Assembly (NCBI RefSeq): GCF_009914755.1
Contig: NC_060948.1
Length of the DNA: 64,000 nucleotides
Origin: the human T2T-CHM13v2.0 reference genome, Homo sapiens
Strand: one strand, 5' to 3'
Position 1 is the stretch's first letter. Every line of letters begins with the position of its first letter. The notes beneath the pieces were generated by a model, which was not told the origin of the DNA, ran no database searches, and was given only the letters and a program-made list of their open reading frames with translations. The position numbers and the translations under genes are program-made. Shown piece after piece: positions 57,188 to 64,000 of the stretch.

Positions 57188-60100
57188 GTCTCGAATTGAA
57201 TGGAATCGTATGGAATGGCATCAAACGGAATGGAATGGACAGCCACGGAATGGAATGCACTCGAATGCAATGGAGTCGAAACTAATGGACTGGAATAGAA
57301 TGGACTCGACTGGTACGGACTCCAATGGAATGGAATCGAATGGAAGGGAATCGAACGGAATGGACTCGAAGGGAAAAGACTGCAATGGAAAGGTCTCGAA
57401 TGGAATGGAAATTAATGGAATGGAATGGAATCGAATGAAATGGAGTCAAAAGGAATGGAATCGAATGGCAAGAAATCGAATGTAATGGAATCGCAAGGAA
57501 TTGATGTGAACGGAACGGAATGGAATGGAATCCAAAGGAATGGAATAGAATGGAATGGAATCGAATGGAAAGGACTCGAATGGAAATCACTCGAATAGAA
57601 TGCAATTTAATAAAATAGGATCAAATGTAATAGAATGGAATGGAAAGGAATCGAAACGGAAGGAATGGAGACAGATGGAATGGAATGGAACAGAGAGCAA
57701 TGGTATAGAATGGAATGGAATCATCTGGAATGGAATTGAATGGAATGGAATAATATGAAATGGAATGGAATGGAATGGAATGGAATGCCCTTGAATTAAA
57801 TGGACTGGAATGGAATGGACTCGAACAGAGTGGAATGGAAAGTGTTGAGATAGAATGGAATGGACTCCTTTGGAATGGTGCAGTATGCAATGCAATCGAC
57901 TGGCAGGGAATCAAAAGGAATGTAATCGAATGGATTGGACTGGAATGCAATGGACTCGAATAGATTGGAAACGGAATGCAAAGGAATGGAATGGAATAGT
58001 ATGGAATGCAATGGAAGGGAATGGAGTGGAATAGACTAGAGTGGAATGGAATGGACTGGAAAGCAATGGACTGGAATGGAACTTTCTTGGATGGATTGGA
58101 ATCAAACGGAATGGAATGCAATGCAATCAAATGGCATGGAATAAAATAGAATGAAAGAGAATCAAATGGAATTGAATCGAATGGAATCGAATGGATTGGA
58201 AAGGAATAGAATGGAATGGAATGGAATGGACTAGAATGGAATGGATTCGAATGGAAGGCAAAGGAATGGAATCTATTGGAATGGACTGTAATGGAATGGA
58301 ATGGCAGGGATTGGAATGGACTCGAATGGAATGGACTGCAATAGAAAGGATTCGAATGGAATGAAAAAGAATTGAATGGAATAGAACAGAATGGAATCAA
58401 ATCGAATGAAATGGAATGGAATAGAAAGGAATGGAATGAAATGGAATGGAAAGGATTCGAATGGAATGCAATCGAATGGAATGGAATCGAACGGAATGGA
58501 ATAAAATGGAAGAAAACTGGCAAGAAATGGAATCGAAATGAATGGAGTGTTATGGAACGGACTCAAAAGGAATTGAATGTAATAGAATGGAGTGGAGTGG
58601 ACTCGAATATAATGGACTGGAATGGAATGATATCACATGGAATGGGAACGAATGGAATGGATTGGAAAGGAATGGAATCGAATGGAAAGGAATCGAATGG
58701 AAGGGAATGAAATTGAATCAACAGGAATGGAAGAGAATAGAATAGACGGTAATGGAATGGACTCGAATAGAATGGACAGGAATGCTCAAATTAAATGGAC
58801 TCGAATGGAATGGAAACGAAAGGAATGTCATCGAATGGAATTGAATCGATTGGAATGAAATCGCATAGAATGGAGTGGAATCAAATGGAATTGAATCGAA
58901 AGGAAAGGAAGCGAATGGACTGAAATGAAATGGAATGGAATTGAATGGAAAGTAATGCAATGGAATAGAATGGAGCGAAATTTCACGGAATGGAATCAAA
59001 CTGAATGGAATCAAATCAATGGAATCAAATCAAATGGAATGGAAAGGAATTGAATGGAGTAGATGGGATTGGATGGGATTGGAATGAAATGTACTGGAAA
59101 GGACTCGAATTTCATGAAACGGAATGGAATGAATTGGAACGGAATGGACTCGAATGGAATGGAATGTCATGGGATGGCATCAAATGGAATGGCATCAAAT
59201 GGAATGGAATCGAATGCAATGGAATGCTATGGAATGGAATGGAATGCATTGGAATGGAATGTCCTCTAATGGAATGGATTCGAGTGGAATGGAATTGAAT
59301 ATAATGGAGTCGAATGAAATGGAATTGAAAGGAATGGGATCGAATACAATGGAATATACTGGAATGTAACGTAATGAACTCGAATGTAATTGACTGGAAT
59401 GGAATGTACATGAATGGAATGTAATCGAATGGAAAGTAATCCAATGGAATAGAATCTAATGCAATAAAATCGACTCAGATAGAGTAGAATGTAATGGAAT
59501 GGAGTGCAGTGCAATGGAATGGAATGGAATGGAATGCAATGGAATGGAATGGAATGGAATGGAATGGAATGGAATGGAATGGAATGGAATGGAATGGGTT
59601 GGAATGGTATGGAATGGATAGTAATGGACTGGAGTGAAATGGACTGGAAAGGAATGGACTCAAATTGAAAGGGCTCGAAAGGAATGGAGTCAAATGGAAT
59701 GGTCTGGAATGGAATGAACACGAATGTAATGCAACCCAATAGAATGGAATCGAATGGCATGGAATATAAAGAAATGGAATCGAAGAGAATGGAAACAAAT
59801 GGAATGGAATTGAATGGAATGGAATTGAATGGAATGGGAACGAATGGAGTGAAATTATATGCAGTAGAAGAGAATAGAATGGAATGCAAGCGAAAGGAAA
59901 GGAATGGATTGGAATGGAATGGAATTCATTGGAATGGAAGGGAATGTAGTGTAATGGACAGGCCTGGAATAAAGTGGAATGCTACGGTCTCGAATGGAAT
60001 AAAAATGTATGGAATGGAATGCAATGAAACGGAATCGAATGTCATAGAATGTAATGGAATGCAAAAAAATGGAATCCAAAATCATTGACTGGAAAGGCTG

Positions 60101-60745
60101 GGTGTCGAAAGGAATTGACTCCAATGGAATGGAATCGAATGGAATGGAAGTGAATAGAATCGAACTAAATCGAATGGAATGGAATTCATAGGAACGGAAT
60201 GGAAAGGAATGCAATGATTTGGCATGGAATGGAATCGAATGGCATCGAATGGAATGGAATGGAATGCAATGGAATGGAATGTATTAGAATGTAATGAACT
60301 TTAATGGAATGTACTCGAATGGATTCGACTGGAATGGAATGTTCTGGAAGTGAATGGACTCCAATGGAATGGATTCAAAAGGAATGGAATCGTACGGAAT
60401 GGAATCTAATGGAATGGAATTAAATGGAAATGAATCAAATTGAATAGCACGGAATTGAATTGAATGGAATGGAATGCAATGGAATCTAATAAACGGAAAG
60501 GAAAGGAATGGAATGGAATGGGCTGGAATGGAAAGGAATCGAAACGAATGGAATGGAATCGAAGTGAAGAGACTGGAATGGAATGCACTGGAATGGAAGG
60601 GAGTGTAATGGAAGGTTCTCGAAAAAAATGGAATCGAATGGAATGGAATTGAATGGAACGGAATAGAGTCGAATGGAATTGAATGGAATGGAATGGACTA
60701 GAGTGAAATGGAATCGAACCACAAGGAATGGACAGGAATAGAATG
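57188..60745 (+). repeat. DYZ1 unit 17 (3558 bp, B-type/mosaic)
   Basis: Landmark recurrence. Confidence 0.93.
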
Positions 60746-63700
60746 GTCTCGAATTGAATGGAATCGTATGGAATGGCATCAAACGGAATGGAATGGACAG
60801 CCACGGAATGGAATGCACTCGAATGCAATGGAGTCGAAACTAATGGACTGGAATAGAATGGACTCGACTGGTACGGACTCCAATGGAATGGAATCGAATG
60901 GAAGGGAATCGAACGGAAGGGAATCGAACGGAATGGACTCGAAGGGAAAAGACTGCAATGGAAAGGTCTCGAATGGAATGGAAATTAATGGAATGGAATG
61001 GAATCGAATGAAATGGAGTCAAAAGGAATGGAATCGAATGGCAAGAAATCGAATGTAATGGAATCGCCAGGAATTGATGTGAACGGAACGGAATGGAATG
61101 GAATCCAAAGGAATGGAATAGAATGGAATGGAATCGAATGGAAAGGACTCGAATGGAAATCACTCGAATAGAATGCAATTTAATAAAATAGGATCAAATG
61201 TAATGGAATGGAATGGAAAGGAATCGAAACGAAAGGAATGGAGACAGATGGAATGGAATGGAACAGAGAGCAATGGTATAGAATGGAATGGAATCATCTG
61301 GAATGGAATTGAATGGAATGGAATAATATGAAATGGAATGGAATGGAATGGAATGGAATGACCTTGAATTAAATGGACTGGAATGGAATGGACTCAAACA
61401 GAGTGGAATGGAAAGTGTGGAGATAGAATGGAATGAACTCCTTTGGAATGGTGTAGTATGCAATGCAATCGACTGGCAGGGAATCAAAAGGAATGTAATC
61501 GAATGGATTGGACTGGAATGCAATGGACTCGAATAGATTGGAAACGGAATGCAAAGGAATGGAATGGAATAGTATGGAATGCAATGGAAGGGAATGGAGT
61601 GGAATAGACTAGAGTGGAATGGAATGGACTGGAAAGCAATGGACTGGAATGGAACTTTCTTGGATGGACTGGAATCAAACGGAATGGAATGCAATGCAAT
61701 CAAATGGCATGGAATAAAATAGAATGAAAGAGAATCAAATGGAATTGAATCGAATGGAATCGAATGGATTGGAAAGGAATAGAATGGAATGGAATGGAAT
61801 TGACTCAAATGGAATGGACTAGAATGGAATGGATTCGAATGGAAGGCAAAGGAATGGAATCTATTGGAATGGACTGTAATGGAATGGAATGGAAGGGATT
61901 GGAATGGACTCGAATGGAATGGACTGCAATAGAAAGGATTCGAATGGAATGAAAAAGAATTGAATGGAATAGAACAGAATGGAATCAAATCGAATGAAAT
62001 GGAATGGAATAGAAAGGAATGGAATGAAATGGAATGGAAAGGATTCGAATGGAATGCAATCGAATGGAATGGAATCGAACGGAATGGAATAAAATGGAAG
62101 AAAACTGGCAAGAAATGGAATCGAAATGAATGGAGTGTTATGGAACGGACTCAAAAGGAATTGAATGTAACAGAATGGAGTGGAGTGGACTCGAATATAA
62201 TGGACTGGAATGGAATGAAATCACATGGAATGGGAACGAATGGAATGGAATGGAAAGGAATGGAATCGAATGGAAAGGAATCGAATGGAAGGGAATGAAA
62301 TTGAATCAACAGGAATGGAAGGGAATAGAATAGACGGTAATGGAATGGACTCGAATAGAATGGACACGAATGCTCAAATTGAATGGACTCGAATGGAATG
62401 GAAACGAAAGGAATGTCATCGAATGGAATTGAATCGATTGGAATGAAATCGCATAGAATGGAGTGGAATCAAATGGAATTGAATCGAAAGGAAAGGAAGC
62501 GAATGGACTGAAATGAAATGGAATGGAATTGAATGGAAAGTAATGCAATGGAATAGAATGGAACGAAATTTCACGGAATGGAATCAAACTGAATGGAATC
62601 AAATCAATGGAATCAAATCAAATGGAATGGAAAGGAATTGAATGGAGTAGATGGGATTGGATGGGATTGGAATGAAATGTACTGGAAAGGACTCGAATTT
62701 CATGAAACGGAATGGAATGAATTGGAACGGAATGGACTCGAATGGAATGGAATGTCATGGGATGGCATCAAATGTAATGGCATCAAATGGAATGGAATCG
62801 AATGCAATGGAATGCTATGGAATGGAATGGAATGCATTGGAATGGAATGTCCTCTAATGGAATGGATTCGAGTGGAATGGAATTGAATATAATGTAGTCG
62901 AATGAAATGGAATTGAAAGGAATGGGATCGAATACAATGGAATATACTGGAATGTAACGTAATGAACTCGAATGTAATTGACTGGAATGGCATGTACATG
63001 AATGGAATGTAATCGAATGGAAAGTAATCCAATGGAATAGAATCTAATGCAATAAAATCGACTCAGATAGAGTAGAATGTAATGGAATGGAGTGCAGTGC
63101 AATGGAATGGAATGGAATGGAATGCAATGGAATGGAATGGAATGGAATGGAATGGAATGGAATGGAATGGGATGGAATGGTATGGAATGGATAGTAATGG
63201 ACTGGAGTGAAATGGACTGGAAAGGAATGGACTCAAATTGAAAGGTCTCGAAAGGAATGGAGTCAAATGGAATGGTCTGGAATGGAATGAACACGAATGT
63301 AATGCAACCCAATAGAATGGAATCGAATGGCATGGAATATAAAGAAATGGAATCGAAGAGAATGGAAACAAATGGAATGGAATTGAATGGAATGGAATTG
63401 AATGGAATGGGAACGAATGGAGTGAAATTGTATGCAGTAGAAGAGAATAGAATGGAATGCAAGCGAAAGGAAAGGAATGGATTGGAATGGAATGGAATTC
63501 ATTGGAATGGAAGGGAATGTAGTGTAATGGACAGGCCTGGAATAAAGTGGAATGCTACGGTCTCGAATGGAATAAAAATGTATGGAATGGAATGCAATGA
63601 AACGGAATCGAATGTCATAGAATGTAATGGAATGCAAAAACATGGAATCCAAAATCATTGACTGGAAAGGCTGGGTGTCGAAAGGAATTGACTCCAATGG

Positions 63701-64000
63701 AATGGAATCGAATGGAATGGAAGTGAATAGAATCGAACTAAATCGAATGGAATGGAATTGATAGGAACGGAATGGAAAGGAATGCAATGATTTGGCATGG
63801 AATGGAATCGAATGGCATCGAATGGAATGGAATGGAATGCAATGGAATGGAATGTATTAGAATGTAATGAACTTTAATGGAATGTACTCGAATGGATTCG
63901 ACTGGAATGGAATGTTCTGGAAGTGAATGGACTCCAATGGAATGGATTCAAAAGGAATGGAATCGTACGGAATGGAATCTAATGGAATGCAATTAAATGG
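60746..64000 (+). repeat. DYZ1 unit 18 (partial, A-type 5' half)
   Basis: Landmark recurrence; truncated by the window end. Confidence 0.93.

Larger units (their letters stand above)
1..64000 (+). repeat. DYZ1: Human satellite III array, DYZ1 (Yq12) ~3.6 kb higher-order repeat; ~17.9 head-to-tail units
   Basis: Degenerate GGAAT pentamers run throughout. The landmark GGCC recurs at 2794, 6373, 9952, 13541, 17125, 20708, 24293, 27847, 31436, 35020, 38584, 42153, 45717, 49270, 52829, 56398, 59961 and 63534 (spacing 3553-3589 bp). The minus strand from the HaeIII site reads CCTGTCCATTACACTACATTCCCTTCC..., which I recall as the start of the classical 3564-bp DYZ1 HaeIII unit. Confidence 0.97.

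Noticed and set aside
23-63787. Hundreds of ORFs (MEWNG.../FHSIP..., up to 313 aa)
   Set aside because: They are direct translations of (GGAAT)n/(ATTCC)n, which has no stop codons in any frame. Their lengths are freely shifted by 5- and 10-bp indels between units, and they show no domain or codon signal.
1-64000. CRISPR-like or prokaryotic repeat-spacer system
   Set aside because: There are no unique spacers and no cas-like genes; the sequence is continuous degenerate satellite.
1-64000. HSat2 or the chr9 HSat3 array as alternative identities; internal inversions
   Set aside because: There is no HSat2 CATTCGATTC ~26-bp periodicity, and the 3.6 kb HaeIII/EcoRI period fits DYZ1. The GGAAT strand never switches.

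Overview
The whole 64 kb window is a single-orientation tandem array of human satellite III, (GGAAT)n on the + strand, built from a ~3.55-3.59 kb unit. There are 17 complete units and one partial unit, each with one HaeIII/StuI site (AGGCCT) and one constant EcoRI site. This matches DYZ1 (HSat3) of the Yq12 heterochromatin. I see no genes, RNA genes, Alu/DYZ2 insertions or inversions, and the ORFs are artefacts of the pentamer repeat. The structure of interest lies in the variants between units: (i) two perfect heat-shock elements per unit, plus a third switched on by one SNP in five units; (ii) a cryptic three-unit (~10.7 kb) periodicity, including a ~6.9 kb block present twice; (iii) a B-type subfamily domain (units 11-17) embedded in A-type units; (iv) an unhomogenised ~2 kb island; (v) indels that are nearly all multiples of 5 bp, often 15 bp. 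All comparisons were made by eye, so counts are approximate. Units are numbered from position 1.
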